Shown here one piece after another: positions 1 through 8,729 of a stretch of 58,830 bases of DNA (the stretch's first letter is position 1; each line of letters starts with the position of its first letter). The stretch is taken from positions 1-58,830 of IMG/VR virus record IMGVR_UViG_3300021185_000238; one strand, written 5' to 3'. Origin of the DNA: a virus. Lineage: Duplodnaviria > Caudoviricetes. Both the position numbers and the translations under genes were made by a program. The notes under the pieces were generated by a model. It worked only from the letters and a program-made list of their open reading frames with translations. It was not told the DNA's origin and made no database searches.

Positions 1-34
1 CTTCAGCAGCTATTCTTTCTGCTTCTGCTTGTGC
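1..34. repeat. 34-nt terminal overlap identical to 58797-58830 (circular assembly join)
   Basis: cttcagcagctattctttctgcttctgcttgtgc occurs at both ends. It lies inside a tandem coding repeat, so copy number at the join is uncertain. Confidence 0.85.
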
Positions 35-1627
35 TGCTGCTTCTGCTTCTGCTTGTGCTGCTTCTTCAGCAGCTATTCTTTCTGCTTCTGCTTGTGCTGC
101 TGCTTCAGCAGCTATTCTTTCTGCTTCTGCTTGTGCTGCTGCTTCTTCAGCAGCTAGTATATCCTGCCTTATTTCTTCTTCCAGAGCGGCTATTATTGCT
201 GCTTCGGCGGCTGCTTCTGCTTCTGCTTCTTGTTCTACAACTTCTTCTTCATCGTCAGTTAAAATAATATCTACAATTTCGTTTACAACATCAAGTCCTG
301 TTGTGTCTGAGACAGCGTCTTCAGGACTATCTACTGTATCTTCAAGCAGATTTAAAACAACACCATCACCTTCACCTTCAGCAGCGGCTTCTAAAGAACT
401 AATAGCGTCTGCTATGTCTTGCCCAGCAGAAGTAACTACATCTGCGTCTGTAGCAAAATCTGTTAAGTCTACTCCCATAAATGTTCCTGAAACATCTATA
501 GAAGCTAATGTGCTTTCATAAAGAGCCTGTGCTTCAGTAGCCGTAGTTACTGTGCCGTTAGTTATTGCTTCGTCTACTGCTGCTCTAGCTGTGGCCTCTG
601 CTTCAGCAGCAGTAGTTCCTGTGGTGTTAGCAACTTCTGATAAACCAGATAAAACTAAAGCAGTCCAATCTTCTGCATGTAGTGTTTCACCTGTAGCAGC
701 TCGTAAAGCTGTTAAACCCGCGACCCCCGCAAACCCTAAAGAAGAAGCAGCAGCTTTAATAGGAAGACTGTTTAAAAACCCACTTAGTTTGCTGCCTGTA
801 AGGTCACGCCCTGCTGATTGGTCTTGCCCTATTAAATAATCAAACGTATTGTATTCGTTATGTCCTGTTACTTGGTCATTAAACAATATTACTTTTTTGT
901 AAGCAAAAGCACTGTCAGCCATGTGAGAAGGAGCTGTGTATAACTGACCGTTTTGTATAGTATAGACGTTCCTATCAAACCCGTCTGCCGCCATTAATGT
1001 CTGAGCAGCAGAGTTTAGGTAGTCATCTTTGCTTAATGTGTTTTGATTATAGAGTTTATTTAAAAACTTTAACTGACTAGATTTTACGAGGTTTCCGTAT
1101 TCTTCTGTAAACTTTTCTGGACTGTCTTTAGCTAACTCAACAAGATTATTTGTTTGGGTATTTGTAACCTCTCTATCAAGCCTAGAAGTTAATGAAAACA
1201 TTTCTTGATCTGTTAAGACTTTATTACCAAAGTCAGCAGAACTAACGCCATACTTTTCTAGCTCATTGTTCTGCGCTCTTAGTGCTTTTTCTTTTTCAGT
1301 AGCGTTAGCAAAGGCTTCTCGATTAGCGGCTCTTTGCTCTGCATTTGCTATACGTTGTAAAGCAGCTTCTTCAGGAGTAACAGCACGCTCTTGGTACAGA
1401 ACTGTTCCATAATCAGAATAACGATCACTTTTATCTGGGTTGTATTTTACTTCTCTCCAGTTTACAGGATTATCAACAGATGGAGGAACTAACCACTCTT
1501 CTACACTAACTTCAGGAAGAACTACAGAACCGCTAGCTAAAGCCGCTTCAGCAGCAGCAGTTGCTTCTTGTCTTTTTTTAATTCTACTTCTTTTACCTCC
1601 CCTACCGGGTCTAAATGCAGTAGCCAT
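1..1627 (-). CDS. 5' part of a ~1290-aa acidic low-complexity putative internal virion/ejection protein; continues across the window join into 58830..56557
   Basis: Not in the ORF track because it runs off the window edge. ATG at 1627 (MATAFRPGRGGKRSRIKKRQ...), read by eye as open to base 1, ending in [10 protein letters not shown] repeats. Bases 1-34 equal 58797-58830 and the frame matches ORF 56557..58479. Confidence 0.8.
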   Translation of the reverse strand, partial: MATAFRPGRGGKRSRIKKRQEATAAAEAALASGSVVLPEVSVEEWLVPPSVDNPVNWREVKYNPDKSDRYSDYGTVLYQERAVTPEEAALQRIANAEQRAANREAFANATEKEKALRAQNNELEKYGVSSADFGNKVLTDQEMFSLTSRLDREVTNTQTNNLVELAKDSPEKFTEEYGNLVKSSQLKFLNKLYNQNTLSKDDYLNSAAQTLMAADGFDRNVYTIQNGQLYTAPSHMADSAFAYKKVILFNDQVTGHNEYNTFDYLIGQDQSAGRDLTGSKLSGFLNSLPIKAAASSLGFAGVAGLTALRAATGETLHAEDWTALVLSGLSEVANTTGTTAAEAEATARAAVDEAITNGTVTTATEAQALYESTLASIDVSGTFMGVDLTDFATDADVVTSAGQDIADAISSLEAAAEGEGDGVVLNLLEDTVDSPEDAVSDTTGLDVVNEIVDIILTDDEEEVVEQEAEAEAAAEAAIIAALEEEIRQDILAAEEAAAQAEAERIAAEAAAQAEAERIAAEEAAQAEAEAAAQAEAERIAAE

Positions 1628-1648
1628 TATCGTTATCTCTGTACGTTC

Positions 1649-2554
1649 TTAGTTCTTTATGAGGATGCCTTGAAAAGACGCCCCCACTTCTACGTTGGTG
1701 GTATCGGAAAACGCTCGGCACTCTATATCCGTCTTTTCTTCTACCTTGAACGGGTACGTGAGTGGTAGCACTAGCAAGGAACTCTGCATGGTCTGTACTA
1801 TGCGCGTGCGGAACGTATTAGAACCGAAGTCTCGTGTAACGAAACTTGCAGTAACGTGTTTGTTTGCTAGAGATATTGCAGAGGTAAACGTAACGTCGTC
1901 TAGGTACAGAGAGTATCCGGCAGGGACTGTATAAGCAGCGATCTGAGACTGGTTATCTCCCTGTATGACGTGTGCATACGTAACTCCTGTAGGTACTCCA
2001 GAACTTACTCCGCTGTTAGCTACGTATATGTCTCCCGCAGCCGTGCCACCACTACCAGAGGTAGCTACAAATATCCTGTTAACACGTAACCACGAGCTAG
2101 CATCGCTTACCTGCACCTGAGTCTGGCCGTTCATATTAACAGTTACGCTCTTGGCGTTGTAGCTGCCGTCCACACCTTCCACAGTTACAGTATTAGCTCC
2201 CGTACCCCCGTTAGAATCGGCAGTGCTAGAACTACTTATGTACACAGTGGAAGCAGATGTAAGGTAAGGGTAGTTACCGCCAGTACCCCACACAGTCTCT
2301 TCAGTGCCATTTATGTCAGGATTAAACCCAAACTTGTATACGGTACTAGCCCCAGCTACCTGACCTTTTGATACTTGTAGCTCGTAGGGTTCTTGAACTG
2401 CCATAGCGTTTCTCAGTGCGTTATCTAGCTGGTTAAAGTAAATACGCAGTACTTTGTTAAACTCTTCAAACGACTCTTGGTCGTATACCTGCGGAGGATA
2501 CGGTAGCGCCGGAGCACGAAACGGTACGTCATACCTAGTATTGTCTACAGCCAT
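1649..2554 (-). CDS. putative virion structural protein (beta-rich, Gly/Ser/Thr-rich)
   Basis: 301-aa ORF coupled (TAATG) to the upstream tail gene, inside the structural operon. Confidence 0.65.
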   Translation of the reverse strand: MAVDNTRYDVPFRAPALPYPPQVYDQESFEEFNKVLRIYFNQLDNALRNAMAVQEPYELQVSKGQVAGASTVYKFGFNPDINGTEETVWGTGGNYPYLTSASTVYISSSSTADSNGGTGANTVTVEGVDGSYNAKSVTVNMNGQTQVQVSDASSWLRVNRIFVATSGSGGTAAGDIYVANSGVSSGVPTGVTYAHVIQGDNQSQIAAYTVPAGYSLYLDDVTFTSAISLANKHVTASFVTRDFGSNTFRTRIVQTMQSSLLVLPLTYPFKVEEKTDIECRAFSDTTNVEVGASFQGILIKN

Positions 2555-4398
2555 TATCGTCTGCCATCAGGTCGCATATCTATACGGGGAGAACCTAATT
2601 GCCAAGTAACTCCAATATCGCTAGATTCTACCTTGATTGATAGCTGCCGTCCACGCACTCTAGTATAAAGTTGATCTGTAAACTGCTCTACAGGTAGCAC
2701 TGCGGTGCGCGTTATTGAGCCGCTGTTAGACCCTCCTACGGACGTGGGGTTGTTATACCCTGCACCAGAATCTGTTAACGGGAGCAATGTCATAGTAGCA
2801 CTGGGAGACCCTGCTTCGGAGTCATCAAACCGTATGTCAGGTATTAGACGCCATATAAACGCGAACTTATGCCCATCGTCTAAGTCAAACTGCGCGGAGG
2901 TAATATAGGCAGGAATAGCTGCTGTAACACCTGTCTCATTGTCGTCTACGCCCTGCTCTTGATTTACTAAGTTGTAGGTGTACGTAGCTGCTAGAGGGTT
3001 GGTACGCAGTCCAGAGTCAAGCCACGCACTGCGCGTCATGGTGCCGTAGTACCATACTTGTTCTAGGTAGTTATACACTACATACCTGTCAGCAACCAGA
3101 GAATCACTTGAACAGTAGAACCACCATATTTCGTGGTACGATTCATTAGTCCCCGCGAACACGGAGTCGTACTGTTCTTCGTTAAAGTCGTTAAACACAA
3201 ACTTACGTAGGTCGCACTTTAGGGGTTTAGTACGGCCATCATACATGTAGAATTTGTCTTTGCCCATCCAGTATGCTACGCCATTGGCGTATGCCACAGC
3301 GTTTTGAGAAGCGGTAGATATGTTCTCTCCTACCAACTGCGCAGTCCATACCACTGGAGCGCCCACGTACTGTAGTGCATACAAGGCTGAGTCAGTCCAC
3401 ACTAGTACTTCCTGACGTGCTTGTTTGGCGGCCACGATTCTTGAGCCATTAGACAGTACGAGATCGCCTGCTTGGTTTGTTGCGCCGGGAGTCCAGTTAG
3501 TAGCATCTTCTTGATCTGACCACCGGATAAGCATAGGGTTCTGGGTAGCACTGCCCAAGGTGTTAGCGCCAAAACAAAATACAAACCTGTTTATATCAGA
3601 CACTAAAATAAACTTTTGCGTAGTGGGTACATTAGACGCACCCGATAGGGTAGATAACTCTACACCCACACCACTTACTCCGCCACTAGCGTCCCAAAAA
3701 TATATGGGGCTATCGTCGTGCGAGAACAATAAGTCTTCTCCAAAGTTAGCCTGACTCCATATCCGTATGGACTCTGTAGAAGCTGAACCTGTACTCCACG
3801 CTCCAGACCCCCACGTATTCGCTCCCCAACCTACTAGAGGCGTGGCTTGCGCAGGGCCGACATTTATCTGGTAAACAGCAGTTACAGTACCCCCACCCGT
3901 AGCCGCGCTAGAAGCTGTACTAGAAGCTGTTATGGTGTATGAACCAGAAGCCACTGTTTGGATTTGGAACTCGCCATTGAGGGTCAACCCGCCAACTGCG
4001 GAAGCGTTACTAAACGTAACAAAGTCCCCAAGAGTATAACCCCCCACTGCATCTGTAACAGTCACAGTAGCCGAACCAGATACGGTGGTAAACGGGTTAG
4101 TCAGCGTATTAGTAGCGCGTGTTGGAGTTACATTGTAGTACAGCCCGCCTTGTTCAATATAGAACTTTAGGTTCGTACCTACCCCCACAAGGTTTTGGCC
4201 GCTCAGAGTTACCCAGTTCCATAAAGAACGGCATACTCCGTCGAATATAGACGTAGATATACGCTGCCACCCACCTATCTTTTCCGGCGTACCTTGACGA
4301 AACCGTACTTTATCGCACTCATACCATCCACCTTCACTGGTGTACCTAGTATTCTCGCGGTTTACTCCGGCCTTTAGCTGTAACTTCTTTAGTGGCAT
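2554..4398 (-). CDS. putative tail/head-closure protein (P22 gp10 / tail tubular B-like)
   Basis: 614-aa beta-rich ORF with N-terminal GVNRENT..EGGWYECDKVRFR, IRWSDQED motif and C-terminal RPDGRR, typical of podovirus nozzle/stabilisation proteins; position fits. Confidence 0.65.
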   Translation of the reverse strand: MPLKKLQLKAGVNRENTRYTSEGGWYECDKVRFRQGTPEKIGGWQRISTSIFDGVCRSLWNWVTLSGQNLVGVGTNLKFYIEQGGLYYNVTPTRATNTLTNPFTTVSGSATVTVTDAVGGYTLGDFVTFSNASAVGGLTLNGEFQIQTVASGSYTITASSTASSAATGGGTVTAVYQINVGPAQATPLVGWGANTWGSGAWSTGSASTESIRIWSQANFGEDLLFSHDDSPIYFWDASGGVSGVGVELSTLSGASNVPTTQKFILVSDINRFVFCFGANTLGSATQNPMLIRWSDQEDATNWTPGATNQAGDLVLSNGSRIVAAKQARQEVLVWTDSALYALQYVGAPVVWTAQLVGENISTASQNAVAYANGVAYWMGKDKFYMYDGRTKPLKCDLRKFVFNDFNEEQYDSVFAGTNESYHEIWWFYCSSDSLVADRYVVYNYLEQVWYYGTMTRSAWLDSGLRTNPLAATYTYNLVNQEQGVDDNETGVTAAIPAYITSAQFDLDDGHKFAFIWRLIPDIRFDDSEAGSPSATMTLLPLTDSGAGYNNPTSVGGSNSGSITRTAVLPVEQFTDQLYTRVRGRQLSIKVESSDIGVTWQLGSPRIDMRPDGRR

Positions 4399-4416
4399 AT
4401 AACACCTATATACGTT

Positions 4417-4758
4417 CTAGTAGCACCAGACTACGGGGGTAGTATCTCTAGTGTCTACGTGGATAAAGGTTTTTGCTACACCTATACCATTAAACCCCAT
4501 TGCTTGCGCGTTCTTAATGATAGCATACGACTGACTACCATTGGATACTTTGATGTCGCAGGCTATCCCGCGTGCGTGCGTGCCCGGCTTTGATTTTCGC
4601 GCCTCTATGCTGTGGCTGGGGTCTCTATACCCGCTGGTGATAATAAATGGAAAACCACACATGTGGCGTAGCTCATCAAGTTTTACCAAGAAATCGTCAC
4701 TCATCTCGTTGTTGCCGGTCTCCTGACAGTCAAAGTCAGCCCGATTAAAGTATCTCAT
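4417..4758 (-). CDS. endolysin, peptidase M15A family (Zn D-Ala-D-Ala carboxypeptidase fold)
   Basis: Motifs ITSGYR, H-x2-G-x-A-x-D (THARGIACDI) and FIHVDTR; adjacent to a holin-like gene. Confidence 0.85.
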   Translation of the reverse strand: MRYFNRADFDCQETGNNEMSDDFLVKLDELRHMCGFPFIITSGYRDPSHSIEARKSKPGTHARGIACDIKVSNGSQSYAIIKNAQAMGFNGIGVAKTFIHVDTRDTTPVVWCY

Positions 4759-5126
4759 TTGCGCATACCCATTAGTTTGCTCGCACCTTTGATGCCAAAG
4801 CTAGCGGAAATAGCCACAAACAGTAAGTATTGATACCATTCTGGCAGATTATTGAGGGCGGCAAATGCTTGCTCAACTCTATGTATTACCGACATATCAT
4901 TTACCACTATGGCATACCCAACCATAAAGATGGGTACCGCTAACACAATTGTCCAAAATTCGTCTTTCCAGCTCGATGCAGAAGCATCAGCCATTTTAGC
5001 TTCCCAGTCAGAATCATTCTGAATAACGCTCATTTTGGCTTCGTGCTTTGCTTTTGACTGTTCAGCTTTATTTTTTAGGAACCCGCCAGCTAAATCTGCA
5101 ATGGGGCCAAGTAGTAATTTAAGCAT
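4755..5126 (-). CDS. putative holin
   Basis: Start taken at ATG 5126 (TAATG overlap). Hydrophobic helices, SWKDEFWT and LPEWYQ..SFG motifs, basic C-terminus, directly upstream of the endolysin. Confidence 0.7.
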   Translation of the reverse strand: MLKLLLGPIADLAGGFLKNKAEQSKAKHEAKMSVIQNDSDWEAKMADASASSWKDEFWTIVLAVPIFMVGYAIVVNDMSVIHRVEQAFAALNNLPEWYQYLLFVAISASFGIKGASKLMGMRK

Positions 5127-5329
5127 TAGTACATTTTCTCCACACAATACAGGCCAATAATAAGTACATACATACCTCTAGCGACCATATCAAAACGATC
5201 AAACTTAGCAGAGCCGTCGTCGAGTCGTTTTTCTATACGCTCAAACTTTTCCTCGATAGCCTGCATTCTTACTGCGCATTCACGCTCGTGAGCCTCCAGC
5301 TTTAAAAGTGCTTCCTTAACCGTTGCCAT
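5126..5329 (-). CDS. small coiled-coil protein with C-terminal hydrophobic helix (lysis cassette)
   Basis: HERECAVR..IEKRLD coiled coil followed by GMYVLIIGLY; overlaps both neighbours. Confidence 0.6.
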   Translation of the reverse strand: MATVKEALLKLEAHERECAVRMQAIEEKFERIEKRLDDGSAKFDRFDMVARGMYVLIIGLYCVEKMY

Positions 5330-5801
5330 TTATGGCTCCTAATATTAGTGCGAACACAAAGTAAACGGCATAGCCAAGTACAGCTATCCCAGTGATCTGG
5401 ATACTATTCCAGAAGAATGCCTTTCGCTTTCTTGCCTGCAAATAGACTGTCTTTTCTCTCTGCGCGGCAATAGACCTACGTAGTTGGACTAGCTCGTTGT
5501 AGCCATCCTTGCCGTATTGATACATCAAGAGTTCCCTGAGTTCGCGTTCCATCTGCTGTGTACGCTTAGTCCGAGCGTATGTCTCCATAGCTTCTTCGTT
5601 GACAGACTTGGCGGCAATGATCTTCTTAAACAGCGGGGGATTATCAGCCTGACGTTTTGCCTCCGAAAGATCAGACACAGCACCATAGAATCGCCCGATC
5701 TGTGACAAGGTATCTTCTACTTCTTTGCCAGCAGACACCATACGCTTGATAGTGCCAAACGCATTTACGGCTACTGACATTGCTGTGACTGGATCAATCA
5801 T
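5316..5801 (-). CDS. hypothetical protein with C-terminal transmembrane helix
   Basis: 161 aa, MIDPVTAM start, helical, with C-terminal ITGIAVLGYAVYFVFALILG. Confidence 0.65.
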   Translation of the reverse strand: MIDPVTAMSVAVNAFGTIKRMVSAGKEVEDTLSQIGRFYGAVSDLSEAKRQADNPPLFKKIIAAKSVNEEAMETYARTKRTQQMERELRELLMYQYGKDGYNELVQLRRSIAAQREKTVYLQARKRKAFFWNSIQITGIAVLGYAVYFVFALILGAINGNG

Positions 5802-5817
5802 CGAAAAGCCCTTCTAT

Positions 5818-6021
5818 TCACTCAGACGCAGAACGAATGTCTTTAGCAACGCCTTCGACAGCAGTGGCAGACCCTGAGCCTATGCCCTTGGCTGTATCTA
5901 CGACCATAGTCTGAGCAGAATCTACAGTAGTACCTACAATTTCTTGTGCGCCATCTACTGTCCCGTTAAATGTGTTACAGCCCATAAGGGCTACTGTTGC
6001 TAGTGCTATTAAGTATTTCAT
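5818..6021 (-). CDS. small lipoprotein, entericidin EcnA/B-like
   Basis: Signal peptide with lipobox LMGC, then CNTFNG and C-terminal GVAKDIRSA; AAGGA RBS upstream. Confidence 0.6.
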   Translation of the reverse strand: MKYLIALATVALMGCNTFNGTVDGAQEIVGTTVDSAQTMVVDTAKGIGSGSATAVEGVAKDIRSASE

Positions 6022-6033
6022 TATATTTTCCTT

Positions 6034-6675
6034 TTAGGTCTCTAGACCGTATCTTGCGTAACCCTTCGCTACGCTATATTCAAGTGTGTTCTTGTTAAAA
6101 ACAAAACCCCAAAAAATTATTTCATCAGCCTCCCTATGTGTTGTCGGTGCAAGCGGATACTGTAGATCATTGTCTCTACAGAAATTAATAATGGTTGATG
6201 GGGATGCTTTGCAGTAAACATCAACCCAATCTGAAGACGTTCCGTCCTGAAAGTGCGTGACAGCATAAAAACAGTTGTCCATTGGCAACACAGGTTTAGC
6301 GCCATCGTATTCTCTTATTACAACTTTAAGCTGTACGGCTTTAGTTACCAAATCAAATTTAAGACCATACCAATGTTTTAAGTTACTATTAGGATAGCTA
6401 GTTCCAAATGAAAGCTGTAGAGCCTCTGATGGAAACGCATTAAGCCCATACCAACTAATGCTTGGGTTTGTATAAGGCTCCCTGTATCCGTCATACCGAC
6501 CTACAAGATTATTTCGGCTTACCCCGAAAGGACTATACGTAGGAAACTTTTCTCTAAGTTCTTCTAGTATAGCTTTGCTTTCGTTTGCACCGACCGTGAA
6601 ATCTTGTCTGACAATCGAGCCGTCTACGTATACATCGTCACGTAATTCATGTCTGTGCTGAGAATAAAATGCCAT
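6034..6675 (-). CDS. hypothetical protein (fibre accessory cassette)
   Basis: 213-aa ORF, 10 nt downstream of the previous gene; no recognised motif. Confidence 0.7.
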   Translation of the reverse strand: MAFYSQHRHELRDDVYVDGSIVRQDFTVGANESKAILEELREKFPTYSPFGVSRNNLVGRYDGYREPYTNPSISWYGLNAFPSEALQLSFGTSYPNSNLKHWYGLKFDLVTKAVQLKVVIREYDGAKPVLPMDNCFYAVTHFQDGTSSDWVDVYCKASPSTIINFCRDNDLQYPLAPTTHREADEIIFWGFVFNKNTLEYSVAKGYARYGLET

Positions 6676-6685
6676 GTTTATATCT

Positions 6686-7048
6686 CTAGTCCGTGGGGAT
6701 CAGGTCAATGTCTTTTTGTGTGTACTGTGAAACTCTAAACATTTCTTCTAAGTTCCCAGAGTGACCGCCCTCTAGCAGTGAATCTAAAAAATCTGTACCG
6801 CCTTGTTTAGCTAGCGCCCACTCAACAATGTTGGCTTTTGTCACGTCCGAAAACGCTACAAAAGATTCAGCAGTGATAGCGTCTACATCTAGTTCTGTTT
6901 TAACAAGTCCAATGCTGTGATTATCTGGCAAGCTAGTCTCAAAAAAATGAATCTCCCACTCGACATATTTTACAATATCAGTGAAGCCCTCAGTCGTAAC
7001 GCACCCTACTCGTTTGAGTTCTGAGGTGTAATCAATTGTCATGCTCAT
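6686..7048 (-). CDS. tail-fibre-associated small acidic protein
   Basis: 120 aa; the pattern DIVKYVEW...FVAFSDVTKANIVEW resembles small proteins commonly found beside aquatic phage fibre genes; ATGA overlap with the upstream gene. Confidence 0.6.
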   Translation of the reverse strand: MSMTIDYTSELKRVGCVTTEGFTDIVKYVEWEIHFFETSLPDNHSIGLVKTELDVDAITAESFVAFSDVTKANIVEWALAKQGGTDFLDSLLEGGHSGNLEEMFRVSQYTQKDIDLIPTD

Positions 7049-7767
7049 CTGGTAACTCCTAATGGTAAATTTTCAGCCAGCCCTTTTCTTAGCTTGGCGG
7101 CTCTATGCGATGTTTTTAATGCTACTGCCTCAACCTTTTTACGGGCATCATCAGGTAATCCCTCTGAAAACTCTAATGCTGTTTCCAATCTATAGGCAAA
7201 CATCTCGTTGCCATTAGCTGTCCCTTTTTCATAAACAGAGGTGTAATTCAACACAGATGCCTGCTCTCCCAGCATTCCGTAATCCATAGCGACTCTTGCG
7301 CTGACAGCCTCTGAAATAATTACATCGCACTTATGGTTCATGTGCCGAGGCATTCTTAACCTCTTCACGCGGCCAAGGACACCTGCATCAGCGTCTGGTA
7401 TTTTTATCCAGCGCCTTGGGTTTATACAAAAAACAGATAAATCAATAGACTTTTTGTTAAGGTTGCTACCGATCAGCCCGTATATATGCTTGTTGTAGGC
7501 GTTGTCTGTGAACACTCCATCTCGACTTACGCATATATCGTATTGCTCTAGTAACGATTTTTCTGGCAAATCGCCGTCTTGAATATCCAATATTACTCCA
7601 CTCTTGACAGCCAAGCAAATCTCATTAGAGTTCATTAGGGCTGTTCTTATAAACCCACCATCATAATCAACTACATCAAACTCCCAATCAGGCATATTCT
7701 TACGAATGCTATTAAGCGTAAGCTCGCTTAACTGATTGCATTTGATTACCAATATTTTTAGGCGCAA
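7045..7767 (-). CDS. glycosyltransferase-like protein (GT-A/GT8-like, degenerate)
   Basis: Likely start is TTG 7767, preceded by AGGAGG. TLNSIRKN near the N-terminus, CLAVKSGVIL where GT8 has LYLDxD, and LSVFCINPRRW resembling GT8 NSGVMLINLxxW. The DxD motif is not intact. Confidence 0.45.
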   Translation of the reverse strand: MRLKILVIKCNQLSELTLNSIRKNMPDWEFDVVDYDGGFIRTALMNSNEICLAVKSGVILDIQDGDLPEKSLLEQYDICVSRDGVFTDNAYNKHIYGLIGSNLNKKSIDLSVFCINPRRWIKIPDADAGVLGRVKRLRMPRHMNHKCDVIISEAVSARVAMDYGMLGEQASVLNYTSVYEKGTANGNEMFAYRLETALEFSEGLPDDARKKVEAVALKTSHRAAKLRKGLAENLPLGVTR

Positions 7768-8611
7768 GATGTTCCTCCTGATCGTATTGCAGAAAAAATT
7801 GTTGTATGCGTTCTTGCGGTTCATCAATGCTCGCGGGAACAAGTCCCGAAGTTTTGCAAGACAAAATCGCCTTCAGTTTTTCCGCGCTCAACTGTCCGTT
7901 ATGCAGAAGAGATTTGTAAATGGCACTGTAAGTACACCACTGGTTATCTTTGCCAAACCTATACACTGTCTTCCCTTTAGCTAATGCCGCAATTCCCATT
8001 TCAGAGTTATCACAACACCCAACAATTTTCGCTTCTTGCAATAACTGGTGTCCACTGATTTTCTTTGGTATTACAGCGTCACCGTATTTGTGAACTAGGT
8101 GCTGATAAGCAGGTGCTGAGGTAAGAGGGTGGCACTTCAGCTTTGCCCCCTGCCTAACAGCGTCATCCACTTTTGCCCAATCAGTAACTTTGTTCAGAAT
8201 GTTAGTTCCTGCCAAAAAAATTACAAAGTCATGCGAACTTCTGCTTGGCCTTAGACGATACTTGTCTTCACAATTCCTCGCTATCTCAAGAAAAAGTCTT
8301 TCGCCTTCATCAGTCACTTCAGACTCAGCCGCTCTACTCATGGCTTCAGTGGCAAACTTTTCACTGGCTACTCTCAGATATATAAAATTCGTAAGCAAGT
8401 CTGTGTAAACATACCCATGTATCTTATTGTCTGGAAAACTGTACCATACGTCATACTCAACCCTCGTGCCTTTTTCCCAAGATTTTGGCAGGAAACTTTT
8501 CAGGCCAACCAAGCCGCGATCATCTGCTTTTCGTAGAACATTCCCGCTCTTGAAAAAATGCGCTACAGGATTCCCAAGTTCGTCATTGTTCGCTAATTTT
8601 TTTAAGCTCAT
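7712..8611 (-). CDS. glycosyltransferase-like protein, capsule-synthesis (KpsS/KpsC-type GT-B) C-terminal domain
   Basis: KLKCHPL followed by LLQEAKIVGCCDNSEMGIAALAKGKTVYRFG, matching the K-x-HP ... NS-x-G-x-EA-x3-GK-x-V-x3-G signature of KpsS/KpsC-like transferases. Confidence 0.6.
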   Translation of the reverse strand: MSLKKLANNDELGNPVAHFFKSGNVLRKADDRGLVGLKSFLPKSWEKGTRVEYDVWYSFPDNKIHGYVYTDLLTNFIYLRVASEKFATEAMSRAAESEVTDEGERLFLEIARNCEDKYRLRPSRSSHDFVIFLAGTNILNKVTDWAKVDDAVRQGAKLKCHPLTSAPAYQHLVHKYGDAVIPKKISGHQLLQEAKIVGCCDNSEMGIAALAKGKTVYRFGKDNQWCTYSAIYKSLLHNGQLSAEKLKAILSCKTSGLVPASIDEPQERIQQFFLQYDQEEHLAPKNIGNQMQSVKRAYA

Positions 8612-8729
8612 TTGTCAGCCTTAAAACCTCATCTTCAAGTTCCGTGATTCGATCTTCTGTTTCGCTAAAATGCTCCATGATTATTTCCAGAGCATTTTCT
8701 AGCTTCCCATTAATTTCTTTGAAGTCCAT
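8583..8729 (-). CDS. 48-aa acidic coiled-coil protein (below ORF-track cutoff)
   Basis: MDFKEINGKLENALEIIMEHFSETEDRITELEDEVLRLTNELKKISEQ; TAATG overlap with the upstream stop and a GGAGG RBS. Confidence 0.7.
   Translation of the reverse strand: MDFKEINGKLENALEIIMEHFSETEDRITELEDEVLRLTNELKKISEQ

Noticed and set aside
1-34. Terminal 34-nt identity as a biological direct terminal repeat
   Set aside because: It lies inside a coding tandem repeat and is better explained as an assembly overlap; real termini are more likely near 25.6-25.8 kb.
31-267. Poly-Leu plus-strand ORFs (also 58134..58376) and the ILVILV ORF 56982..57296
   Set aside because: Antisense or off-frame shadows of the Ala/Glu and Gly-Asp-Thr repeats in the real minus-strand gene.
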